Positions 9,720 through 18,604 of a stretch of DNA of 18,604 nucleotides are shown one piece after another; position 1 is the first letter of the stretch, and each line of letters opens with the position of its first letter. This DNA comes from Octopus sinensis (taxonomy: Eukaryota): positions 1 to 18,604 of the forward strand of contig NW_021824418.1 of assembly GCF_006345805.1 (NCBI RefSeq), written 5' to 3'. The position numbers and the translations under genes are program-made. The notes beneath the pieces were generated by a model, which ran no database searches, had not been told where the DNA came from, and worked only from the letters and a program-made list of their open reading frames with translations.

Positions 9720-10755
9720 GGTTACATTAAACCAGGTAGTTTTATACATCTACATAAACTTATAGTTGTTTGATGAAACAGGCCCTCCGCAGGAGCTAGG
9801 TCGCGGTGAGCGAAGCGAGCTGCCGAGCTAGTATATACATAAATAACATCTGTACTGACGCAAACTCAACCTGTTAATTTTACTAAGAATATTAAGTAAA
9901 ACACAGAAATAAGAACAAAGTAAATAACAAAAATAATTTTATTAATAATTACATTTCCTAAAATGGAACAAACGCTCTCCTTTTGAGACAACATGTCAAT
10001 TATTTTTCAACGTCAGGCACAAATTCCATTTTCTAACAAAAACACATGCAAAAATAATTTTATTAAAAATTACGAAAAAAAGGACAACATTAGTCAATCA
10101 TTTCGTTCAAAAAACAAAAATATTTAACAGTTAAAAGAGATCTGAACAAAAAATTAAAATTCAATTAAACCTTCCACCATAAGAATTAACAAATATAAAT
10201 TACATCCAGTCACCTACGCTGGCATTTTCTACATCCATAAAATTTCGTTTATATATATAAGCACAAAACTTAACTTCTTTTAAAATAAGTACTCATCCAC
10301 TACTCTCCCTAATATACGCCTCATTTCTAGGAAAGATCACTGAGTCAACGAAGGGTGATATTTGCCATCACAAAAAGAGTACGATCCCATCGACATATAC
10401 TAAAATCAACTTTCAAAATTTGTTGTAGAATTTATTAATTATACTTAGTACAGATACTAGATGACAGTAAATAAATGATAATTCATCAGCCAATAGTTTT
10501 GTAAATAGACTATTTAAGTTTGAAGTGATTCCAGCCTCTATGAGCCTAAAGCTGCTCTTGAATTCATCAATGATGCGCATATTTACAATCTCAAGACAAA
10601 TAGAGAGCAACAGTTACTTAGCAATAAGTCTTTATAAATAATAAAACATGTATTAACAAAGAAATAAAATGATATAAACAAATAAAATATATAATCTGAG
10701 ATTAAAACTAATATATAAATAATGAAATACGACAAACAGTCAAATACAACGTCTA

Positions 10756-11256
10756 ATGGTAAAATAAATAATTTTATTTATTTATAATTAAATATTACTT
10801 ATAGTGTTAATAAAATAATACTTTTAGAACAGCAAACCATTCAAAATGTTAGTCGAAAACCAAATTCTAAGGAAAAGCGTGTGTACTACCTGTATAAAAA
10901 AACAGAAAATGGAGAATACGTACAGAATTGATGACTATGAAAAAATCGACAAAGATTTGATACAAAAAATAGTCTTTGATATTGTGAAACAAAAGCTTAA
11001 ACAACATGTTTACGACTACAATTCAAGCCGAGAAGTGACTAAAAATTTGAGCGACAACATTATGCAAAATGTAAAAAAAACCGTTTCCAAACGCTTCCGA
11101 GTGATAGTCTTAGTCACAATGGGGCAGATTTTTTCCAACGTCGTTATTTCTTCGGGCAATCTTGCTGAGTACAAAATTGATGAGACCGTGACAGCTACGA
11201 CTCAAAATGGAAACATATTTACCCACGTGATTATAAACCTTGTTTACAAAAATTAA
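10756..11256 (+). CDS. Tctex-1 family dynein light chain (TCTEX1D/Tctex2-like), paralogue 1
   Basis: Core 10909-11256: MENTY...IVFDIVKQKL...YD...KNLSDNIMQNVKK...RFRVIVLVTMGQ...D..V.A...NGNIF.HV fits the Tctex-1 pattern. The start is uncertain: a lone ATG exon (10756-10758) followed by a GTAAAA...TAG intron (10759-10827) is in frame and conserved in paralogue 2. Confidence 0.8.
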
Positions 11257-11708
11257 TTTATTTAAATTATTATTTATCAAAAAATTACCCCGTGAGTCAA
11301 AGCTGTTTTTTCATAGTTATTCCCGAAAAATAAAATTAACTGTTACAAGACCAATTTTCAAAATTTTATTTTAATAAATTCTGTCCAGAATATGTCTTAA
11401 TTTTTTATCGTTTTTAATAACCTTTAAAGATTTTCAATTCAAAATTATAATTTTTAAATACAAAAATCACATCTATTTAAAAAACTACAAATTGAAATTG
11501 AATTATTCAACAGAACTTTTAAGGAATCAAACCCTAACGTTAATTGTTACCAAAATCAACCAAACATAACTTTAACATTTACCAAACCTTGATTTAAAAG
11601 CCAATTCTAACTTGACAAAAACCCATATTAAACCTTAACTTTTACCATAATTTTAAAATCAATCAGATTTTGAAATTTACACTGATGACAAAACTGTCAA
11701 AAACGAAA

Positions 11709-12237
11709 TTAACTAAGCTTTTTTAGCTTCGAAATATGCACGCCCGTTAAAATGTTTCCTTTATTATCTTCTAGAACATATAAATCCTTATAAACGGTCT
11801 TTACATAGTGCAGTGTAGCATCTAGCTCATCATAAACAGCCAGGTTTGGTCGATTTGCGTTTGAGTCAGTTTCTATAATTACACGATCTCTCTCAATTAT
11901 TGGATCCTCGTTGTGTTTTCACTTTCGTCTTTTGATCACTTTGTTCCTGCAACAAGAATGTTTTCATAAGCAATTTCACACGCATTACTTGACAGGTAGT
12001 TTTTTCTCTGTACTTAGGAAAATGAATCATTCAGAGAGGAATAACGTCGGCGATGTATCTATCACGCGGTCTCTTAGCGATTATACGAGTTATTTGAGAC
12101 TTCGTACCCATCAATTTCTTTGACTAACAAATATAAATCAAAAAAACAACCTGACAAAATAAACATTTTTAAACCTCAGTTGGGGTAACATCGTAGTGAC
12201 GATTAAGACGCTTGACAATCTCGTCCAAAATGATCAA
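11709..12237 (-). pseudogene. Intron-containing integrase remnant B, related to remnant A and internally deleted
   Basis: DHFGRD...RHYDVTPTEV*KCLFCQ|27-nt intron 12150-12124|SKKLMGTKSQITRIIAKRPRDRYIAD (HHCC finger and first catalytic Asp). After a deletion it reads AYENILVAGTK(frameshift)IKRRK*KH..., matching AYLNIINAGEKMVQRRKWKF of remnant A, and ends ...LEDNKGNILTGVHISKLKKLS*. Confidence 0.7.
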
Positions 12238-12535
12238 TATGTTATTTTAGAAAGAATTATGTTTACAGATTGAAACTAATAGATTATATAAATGTCGAAT
12301 CCATACTTTATATATTTATTAATTACTTTCAAATCAAATTTATTTAATGACACATTACGGAGTATTATAAGTCTAAAGGTTCATGACTGTCGAAATATAA
12401 ACTCTAAGCAACAGTCACTGGGAAATACTTTTAATTCAAACTAAGAAGAAAACAAAACGACAAAAACACTTATTATAATCTGAGATTAAAACTAAAATAT
12501 AAATATGTTATTTTAGAAAGAATTAAACACAACAA

Positions 12536-13020
12536 ATGGTAAAATAATTCGCTTAATATTTAAATATTAACTAATAAAATAATATTTTCAGAACAATAAA
12601 CCATTCAAACTGTTAATCAAAGACCAAATTCGAACGTTAAGTGTATGCAATAATTTTATGAAAAAACAGAAAATGGAAAATACATACAGAATTGACGACT
12701 ACGAAAAAATCGACAGAGAGTTAATACAGAAAATAGTCTTTAATATTATGGAAGAAGAGCTTAAAGAGCATGCTTACGACTACAATTCAAGCCCAGAAGT
12801 GATTAGAGATTTGAGTGACAAAATTATGCAAAATGTGAAAAAAAACGTTTCCAAACGCTTTCGAGTGATAGTCTTAGCCACCCTGGGGTGGATTTCTTCC
12901 AACGTCGTTATTTCGTCAGGCAATCTTGCTGAGTGTAAAATTGATGAGACCGTTACAGCTCGGACACAAAATGGGGACATATTTGCACACGTGATTATAA
13001 ATATTATTTATAAAAATTAA
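12536..13020 (+). CDS. Tctex-1 family dynein light chain, paralogue 2
   Basis: Core 12673-13020 is 90/115 aa identical (hand count) to paralogue 1. Same candidate ATG|GTAAAATAA first exon (12536-12538) with intron 12539-12591 in frame. Confidence 0.8.
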
Positions 13021-13193
13021 TATTTTTTCCTTAATCTGACAAATCAATATATTTTATTGAATCAAATTCTATTTTAATAGAAAAAATTGACTTCATTAAT
13101 GTGATTATTTATATTAATTATGATTAAATGAAATATATTTTTTTAATAATAATTAATTTAAATAAATTATAATAGTGAATTCTGCTACTCGTT

Positions 13194-13828
13194 ATGATGT
13201 CAAAAGAGAAAAATAAATCATACAAAACAGTACAAATAAAATGTAATTTTAAGAACTCCGAGTTATTTTCCTTAACATACGGAACCTTCGTCACCGAACT
13301 ACTCAAAGACTTATCAAGTATCGAGGAAGTTAATTCTCAATTAGACAAAATGTAGTACAATAATGAATATTTTTAGAGGATTCAACATGGGAGAGCGAAT
13401 GACAGATGACTTTATGGCTAACAACGTCAACATTAATTGTAGGGATTTTAAATCAAGTGGAGAACATTTTATTAAAGTATAATTTAAAAAAAATAATTAG
13501 ATTTTATTAAAATATTATTTTAATATTTCTTGTGAGATTTCAAACTGGTCTGAAATTTTTGATCAATATTCTCTCGTTTTTGAGAGCGACCCAATATCCA
13601 ACATTTTGAGTGCCAAATTGCCTCCCGCATACGATAAGCTAAACTATCTCCAATTCCTATGTGGGCTGATCAGAGGAACGTTGGAAGTAGTAAGTGACTG
13701 ATTGGTGTATTGTAAAGTTGAATATTAAAGTTGATGTGGTCCTTCTTAAAGATCGTTTAAAGGGTGATAAAAGTAATGAAATACGAGTCAAATTTATTAA
13801 AATATTGGACGAACAATTCGTTGAATAA
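13194..13828 (+). CDS. TRAPPC3: Trafficking protein particle complex subunit 3 (BET3); exons 13194-13229, 13254-13351, 13377-13476, 13501-13689, 13718-13828 (177 aa)
   Basis: Spliced translation MMSKEKNKSYKT|NSELFSLTYGTFVTELLKDLSSIEEVNSQLDKI|GFNMGERMTDDFMANNVNINCRDFKSSGEHFIK|ILLKYYF...LNYLQFLCGLIRGTLEV|LNIKVDVVLLKDRLKGDKSNEIRVKFIKILDEQFVE* matches BET3 throughout. Four GT-AG introns of 24, 25, 24 and 28 nt. Confidence 0.93.
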
Positions 13829-13999
13829 TTTTTTCTAATAATAAATATTTTGATTGTTATAAATATTATCACGAGTCGAGAATGAAACCATCACAGCTGA
13901 ATGTAGATTATTGTAAAAAAATTAATTAATCAATTATTTCAACGCAGACATTAACTTATTTTTGCTAATTATCTTTTTGGGGCGTTTAAAATTCACTTT

Positions 14000-14360
14000 C
14001 TTCACTATTTTTTACTTTGACAAGGTTCCTGGTGAGTAAATATTTTGAAGATAGGTTTACTAAAGGCAATAACCAAGAAAATTGATCATTTTGATTCTCA
14101 AATCTACAATAATAATTAATAAACTTTGAACATTTTAAGATCAATCAGATCGACTTTAAACCTTTTATTAGGTAAGGATATGGATCGATTTGTTATACTG
14201 TTTCAATGGCACAACAAACTTGCACATATTGCACTTACGACTTGACTAATGATGTTTTGCTTGATTAAGAAAAATCTCTTTTTATAAAGGGCATCCACTC
14301 CATTATGCCAATAGTTTCTTTCGTGAACTTCTTTAGCAATGATTTTTATTTCATCTGTGC
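14000..14360 (-). pseudogene. Intron-containing integrase remnant C (distinct subfamily)
   Basis: EVHERNYWHNGVDALY...CNMCKFVVPLKT (HHCC finger, with frameshifts)...KRFKVDLIDLKI|28-nt intron 14131-14104|FENQNDQFSWLLPLVNLSSKY. VDLIDL followed by W.L..V...SKY is the first integrase-core motif. Confidence 0.65.
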
Positions 14361-14853
14361 TTGTTAGAGCAGTCGATTAGTATTTTGCGTCGATTAGTAA
14401 CATGTTTTTCACTCTTGGCTTTCGAAGATTTATTTAAATAGAAAATTAGTCATTTTTTGTGATTTTATTAAATTGAATATTGTTTACGTTTCTAAGCGTG
14501 GAATTGAAAAATTATGAATTTTTAATTAAGTGTAAAACAATCAACTTTTTAGCATGATTAATATCAGATATATACCTTGATATATTGACGTCTCTGACTA
14601 TAATCGGCACATTTAATGGATACACTGTTATTCCTCAAAACCACAACTGAGACAATAGTGCACAAATAGTAAGCTTCATTAATTTGTGTTAATTGAAACA
14701 GCATAAACACGCCCACTAATTGTCAAAGAGGACTAGGAATGGTGTAATACTGGATTAAATGGTTTAGTGAGTTGTCGTGCCTAAAAAAATGAAAAATCGA
14801 GTGATAATCTTGTATTAAGTGAGTGGTCACCATGTGAGTAAAGAGAACAAAGA

Positions 14854-15729
14854 ATGGACCACAAACACGCCCAGAGACTATATAATAGATTATTTTGTTG
14901 TGCGAAGAAAATGGGTCGAACGATGATGGAATCGTTTAAAGCCAAATGGGTGAGAGTTTTGAGCAGTGTGAGTCCGGAGTACTACTCGGAGTACATTGGG
15001 TCAATTGTATTCTACTTTGGAGCACAAGGGAATTTTGCTACGTTTGTGAATGGACACGGAAGTTTTGCGACTCTGGTGTTCTCAACAGTCTGTGCTGTGC
15101 TCTTTGGACTGTACGTGGCTATGGCAAATGGTGGAGGCAATCTGTCAAGTGCGATCACAATGCCACTCTGTCTGGCCGGAAGAAAGTCGTGGAGAAAATT
15201 GCCGGGATATATGGTAGCACACTTTGTGGGAGCACTCACCGCCTGTTTGTGCAGTTATTGGTTATATCGTGACCAGTTCACGGCTGCCAACATGCCCACC
15301 GTCGCTATGATTCAAATGTACACGACGTACCCCGCCTCCCCAGGTGTCAGAGAGTCCACAATGTTCATGGAACAGTTCTTGGCTGCCTTTGGAGTTGTGT
15401 TTGGAGTCCTTGCAATTACCGACCCCAAGAACCCTGCCGAGTCGCCGGCCACACACGTGATTTCCATTTCGCTGATGGTTGGGGCACTACTTGGTAGTCT
15501 TGGGGCTTCGGGAGTGTTCATTCTTGTCCCTGACCTCGACATGGCAGGCCGGATCATTTCACTCATTTTTGCTGGCTCTGATGGTTGGACTGTTCTCGGC
15601 TCTCATTATTTCATCATCCCACAAATCTCCCTCTACACTGGTGGGCTGGCTGCGACCGTCATTTACAAACTCTTTATCGAATATCCTCGAGAAGGCAAGA
15701 CATCCAAGGTGGACGCCTGCGAACTGTAG
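14854..15729 (+). CDS. Divergent MIP-family channel, aquaglyceroporin (AQP3/7/9/10, GlpF-like) with non-canonical NPA boxes
   Basis: 291-aa ORF with six hydrophobic segments. Aquaglyceroporin hallmarks: EYIGS (TM1), W.KLPGY..A.F.GA, Y.D, YTTYP, EQFLAAF, AITDPKN, terminal IP...Y.GG..A..IY..FIE. The NPA boxes read NLSSA and LVPDLD. The exact start codon is uncertain. Confidence 0.88.
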   Translation: MDHKHAQRLYNRLFCCAKKMGRTMMESFKAKWVRVLSSVSPEYYSEYIGSIVFYFGAQGNFATFVNGHGSFATLVFSTVCAVLFGLYVAMANGGGNLSSAITMPLCLAGRKSWRKLPGYMVAHFVGALTACLCSYWLYRDQFTAANMPTVAMIQMYTTYPASPGVRESTMFMEQFLAAFGVVFGVLAITDPKNPAESPATHVISISLMVGALLGSLGASGVFILVPDLDMAGRIISLIFAGSDGWTVLGSHYFIIPQISLYTGGLAATVIYKLFIEYPREGKTSKVDACEL

Positions 15730-16299
15730 GCAATCCCTAATTTACTAACCTTTCTTAATAAGTGTATTTGAGACTTTCTATTCGAAAGAAGGGAATGTAA
15801 CATCGGAATTTAAGAGATAGATCTCAGTCAGATTTTTTAAAAGATTGATTGCTTATTATGTACTAAAAAGGCTTCTGAAGTGAGATGGGAAACATAAACA
15901 TTCTGAATACATCTTACTACGGCCAGGAGCGACATGCCATTGCTATGGTGCCTAGATGTATCGAAACAAGTCAAGTCATATATAAAGGACTTCTTTTATA
16001 TGAGAGGTAATCTACCGCTTTCTATTATCATTGCTGATATAGAGTTAAAAATTAAAAAACGATATGGAATTGTACAAAATCGGCTTTATTTAAGCTACTC
16101 TTTAAATAAGAATAAACAACAATATTAAAAAAATTACACGTATAAGATAACAGCCTTAAAAATGAAGGTTTGTTAAAATACTTACGAAGATTGACGATTT
16201 GAAATATTTGTTTGAAGTACTTTTAAAAATATAAAAATTTAAATTTGTAAAACCTATGTTACTTGGCATTGGCATATTTATTGTATTCGGTTTCTTATT

Positions 16300-17150
16300 C
16301 AATCCATTTGAATAAACATAATAGTTTTTTATTGTTTGGCCTGTCGCCATTTTCCAACCAAAATATGTCAAAAATAAGTCCATCTTTCAAACTAGACTTC
16401 TTATAATGGATTTTCCCAATTTTCAATTTTTTCTACCATATAGTCAAATTTTTGCTGATTAAACAATTAATTTATGGGATGGGCATTGGTCAAAAACCAA
16501 AAGAATTTTTCTCTTTTTTGTTTCAGTTGGTGTTCTAGGATAAGTCCATTGATTGAAAATTTTACTCTTCATCCACGCTTGTGATGAATGACAATAATCA
16601 ACAAAATTTTGGACTTAAAAATTTTTAAAGAAACACGGTTTCTGAAACTTTCCAATTATAAAAGATATTCGTTTGTCTGTTCCAGTCATATTCGTGCAAG
16701 GCAACGAAGAAAAATTTTAAAAATTATTTAACAAATAAAACTTATCTTTCACCATTGCTTGCTCTCGACTTTCTGGAAAACCTTTTTCGATAAAACAGAT
16801 TTTTAGGAAATGACATATTTGTCAGCTTTATAAATATTTTCTAATTTGTATTTTTAAATCTTTTGAGAAATCAATCAATTATATTAACTTACCAATTTCT
16901 TTTTTCTAGTCAACTCCAGTAATTGTGAAGTCTCCAGGTAAAGTTATCTCTTAAAATCGTTATATCTTTTGAACTTGCTTAAACATCCATTGCTAGGTTT
17001 AAATTTTTGGATTCCATGTGTGTTTGCAATGTTCTTTGTTTTCTACAAAATTATTTTATCAACCAGAAATCTACGTCAAGGTTCAATAAATTCCATCTAA
17101 GTTAGTAGTTCAATGTCATTAAAATTAAATTCCTTACATGATCTTCTGAT
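16300..17150 (-). pseudogene. pogo/Tigger (CENP-B HTH + DDE_1) transposase remnant
   Basis: Minus strand reads IL*KTKNIANTHGIQKFKPSNGCLSKFKR (HTH, cf. FKASNGWL.KFK), KYKLENIYKAD, CTNMTGTDKRISFIIGKFQKPCFFKN, SSQAWMKSKIFNQW, KRKILLVFDQCPSH and GWKMATGQTIKNY. Multiple stops and frameshifts. Confidence 0.8.
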
Positions 17151-18274
17151 GACCCAACCGTATCCCGGAAACGCCTTCTCTTCCTTCTGCAGAGCAACTC
17201 AATCGGTGTGTATTTCTTTATTAACCGACCAAAATTCCTCTGCAAGGGCCACCTTTTCCTTGAATGGGTTTCCCAGTTCCTTGCAGAAACGTAGGAAACC
17301 CTGTCCATTCCTCTGCGTCGCCTCCTCGGAAACAAGGCTGCCAACTGAGGTGTCAGTGTGGAGCATAATCTTCCTGCTGAGCGATTTCAAACGTTTCGCT
17401 TTCGAACAAGCAATTGCAAATCTCCAGGCTGAGCAGGCATACTCAACCGTCGGGGCAATCACTTGTTGGTAGACCTTGCTGACACAATCTTCCAGGGGAA
17501 AGGGACTCTTCTTTAACAGCGCTTTCAAGACGTTCCACTTCTGAAGACCTTTAGCTAAAACCTCCTCCACGTGACTTGAGAAAGTCATTAAGGAGTCGAA
17601 AACTACGCCAAGGATCTTCTGGGTACGCGAAGAGGGAATAGGTTTGTCTCCAATGAATAGTTCCAGTCCATCCTTGAATCTTCTATCAGTAGTGAAGAGG
17701 GTGAATTGGGATTTAGATGCAGACACACACAACATATTTGCAGATAGCCAATCACATACACGGTTGAGGTGTGACTGGACCATTGCAACAGCCACAGAAG
17801 GAGATTTATCTCTTGCAGCGATAATCAGGTCGTCCGCATAGAATAAGAACATACTGTCTAGGTCATTAGTAATAGGTAGGTCATGTAGAAATAGGTTAAA
17901 AAGGAGAGGAGATAAAAGGGAGCCTTGTGGGACACCATTGGGCAGTAGTCTTGATCTTGAAGTAGTATTGTCAATACGGACCCTTCCGCGTCGGCCAGTT
18001 AAGAAATTTTCCAACCACAGTTCGGATGTAAGTTCGAATCGAATATCTTCCGCGTTAGGAGTTTCGTCGGGACAGAATCAAAGGCTTTTTGTATATCGAT
18101 GGATACTAAGGCCATCCGTAGGTGTGTTCTCATGTTGAAACCGTCAGCAATAAACTGGGAGATAGAAGACAAATTGGTCGTTGTAGAACTATCTGGTCTA
18201 AAACTGTGCTGAAATTCTGACAATTGTAGAACAGGAGAGATTCGCGTTAATACAAACTTTTTCAATACTTTCGA
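17150..18274 (-). mobile_element. 5'-truncated non-LTR retrotransposon (LINE) reverse transcriptase fragment
   Basis: SKVLKKFV...FQHSFRP..ST...IDIQKAFDSV (18274-18000), a frameshift near 18010, then GVPQGSLLSPLLFNLF, FYADDL and KILGVVFDSLMTF. GC is visibly higher than the flanks. Clade not assignable by eye. Confidence 0.92.
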
Positions 18275-18604
18275 TAAAACACAAGTTTTTTTAGATAGCT
18301 ATATGATTATTATAAATAAATTCAAGAAAAGAATTTTAAATATATTATAATAAAATATTGGCACGTTGCTACTTATAATTCTTTTTGTTGTTGTTTATTG
18401 TTTAGGTTTATTTTCCAATGGTTAAAATTTGTCTTAAAATTGATTAAATATATTGTTGACTTACAGAATTTCTTATAATATTCGATATTTTGTAATTGAA
18501 TTGGTTTTTTTTCACAATAATTTAATCTTTTTTACATTTTAACTATTTAATATTGTTTTGACTCTTCTACAAACCATATTTCTTGACTATTTCTATATTT
18601 ATTG

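Larger units (their letters stand above)
7752..9831 (+). mobile_element. Complete 2,080-bp non-autonomous Helitron, copy 3
   Basis: 5' TC at 7752, 3' hairpin plus CTAG at 9828-9831, inserted between A and T with no target-site duplication. The empty site is visible at 4166/4167. Contains a microsatellite, a tandem array and a helicase tail. Confidence 0.92.
7361..10441 (+). repeat. ~1-kb duplicated segment, copy 2, split by the 7752-9831 Helitron
   Basis: 7361-7751 matches 3769-4166 and 9832-10441 matches 4167-4770. Confidence 0.95.

Noticed and set aside
11341-11360. TGTTACAAGACC as a terminal repeat of integrase remnant B
   Set aside because: No inverted partner found on the other side of the remnant.
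12236-12525. 24-bp direct repeat AATATGTTATTTTAGAAAGAATTA at 12236 and 12502
   Set aside because: Real, but most simply a local duplication in AT-rich DNA; no function can be supported.
14706-14718. ACACGCCCAC (GC-box/KLF-like) upstream of the aquaporin, also at about 3758
   Set aside because: A 10-bp motif without expression data is not enough to call a promoter element.
14946-15748. Overlapping alternative-frame and antisense ORFs in the aquaporin gene
   Set aside because: Expected by-products of a GC-rich coding region; no recognisable motifs.
15934-16128. 64-aa ORF downstream of the aquaporin, with a possible 36-nt intron
   Set aside because: No recognisable homology or consistent spliced frame.
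17102-18138. Plus-strand and alternative-frame ORFs over the LINE
   Set aside because: Shadows of the reverse transcriptase frame.

Overview
This is AT-rich eukaryotic, probably animal, DNA with very short (about 24-36 nt) GT-AG introns. That is compatible with a compacted genome such as an orthonectid, dicyemid or myxozoan, but the taxon cannot be fixed from this window. Four host genes are supported. Two are tandem Tctex-1-family dynein light chain paralogues. One is a five-exon TRAPPC3/BET3 gene that the ORF track misses entirely. The last is an apparently intronless, GC-rich aquaglyceroporin-like gene that has lost both NPA asparagines and the selectivity-filter arginine. Most of the rest is nested, decayed transposons: three copies of one non-autonomous Helitron (carrying a (CTGT)n microsatellite and a ~94-bp tandem array), a hAT transposase pseudogene with its right end, three remnants of intron-containing retroviral-type integrase (Ginger-like) elements, a TGT...ACA mini-element, a pogo/Tigger transposase remnant and a non-LTR reverse transcriptase fragment. 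A ~1-kb duplicated segment carries Helitron insertions at different positions, so each copy shows the empty A|T target of the other. All translations and alignments were done by eye, and no database search was possible.
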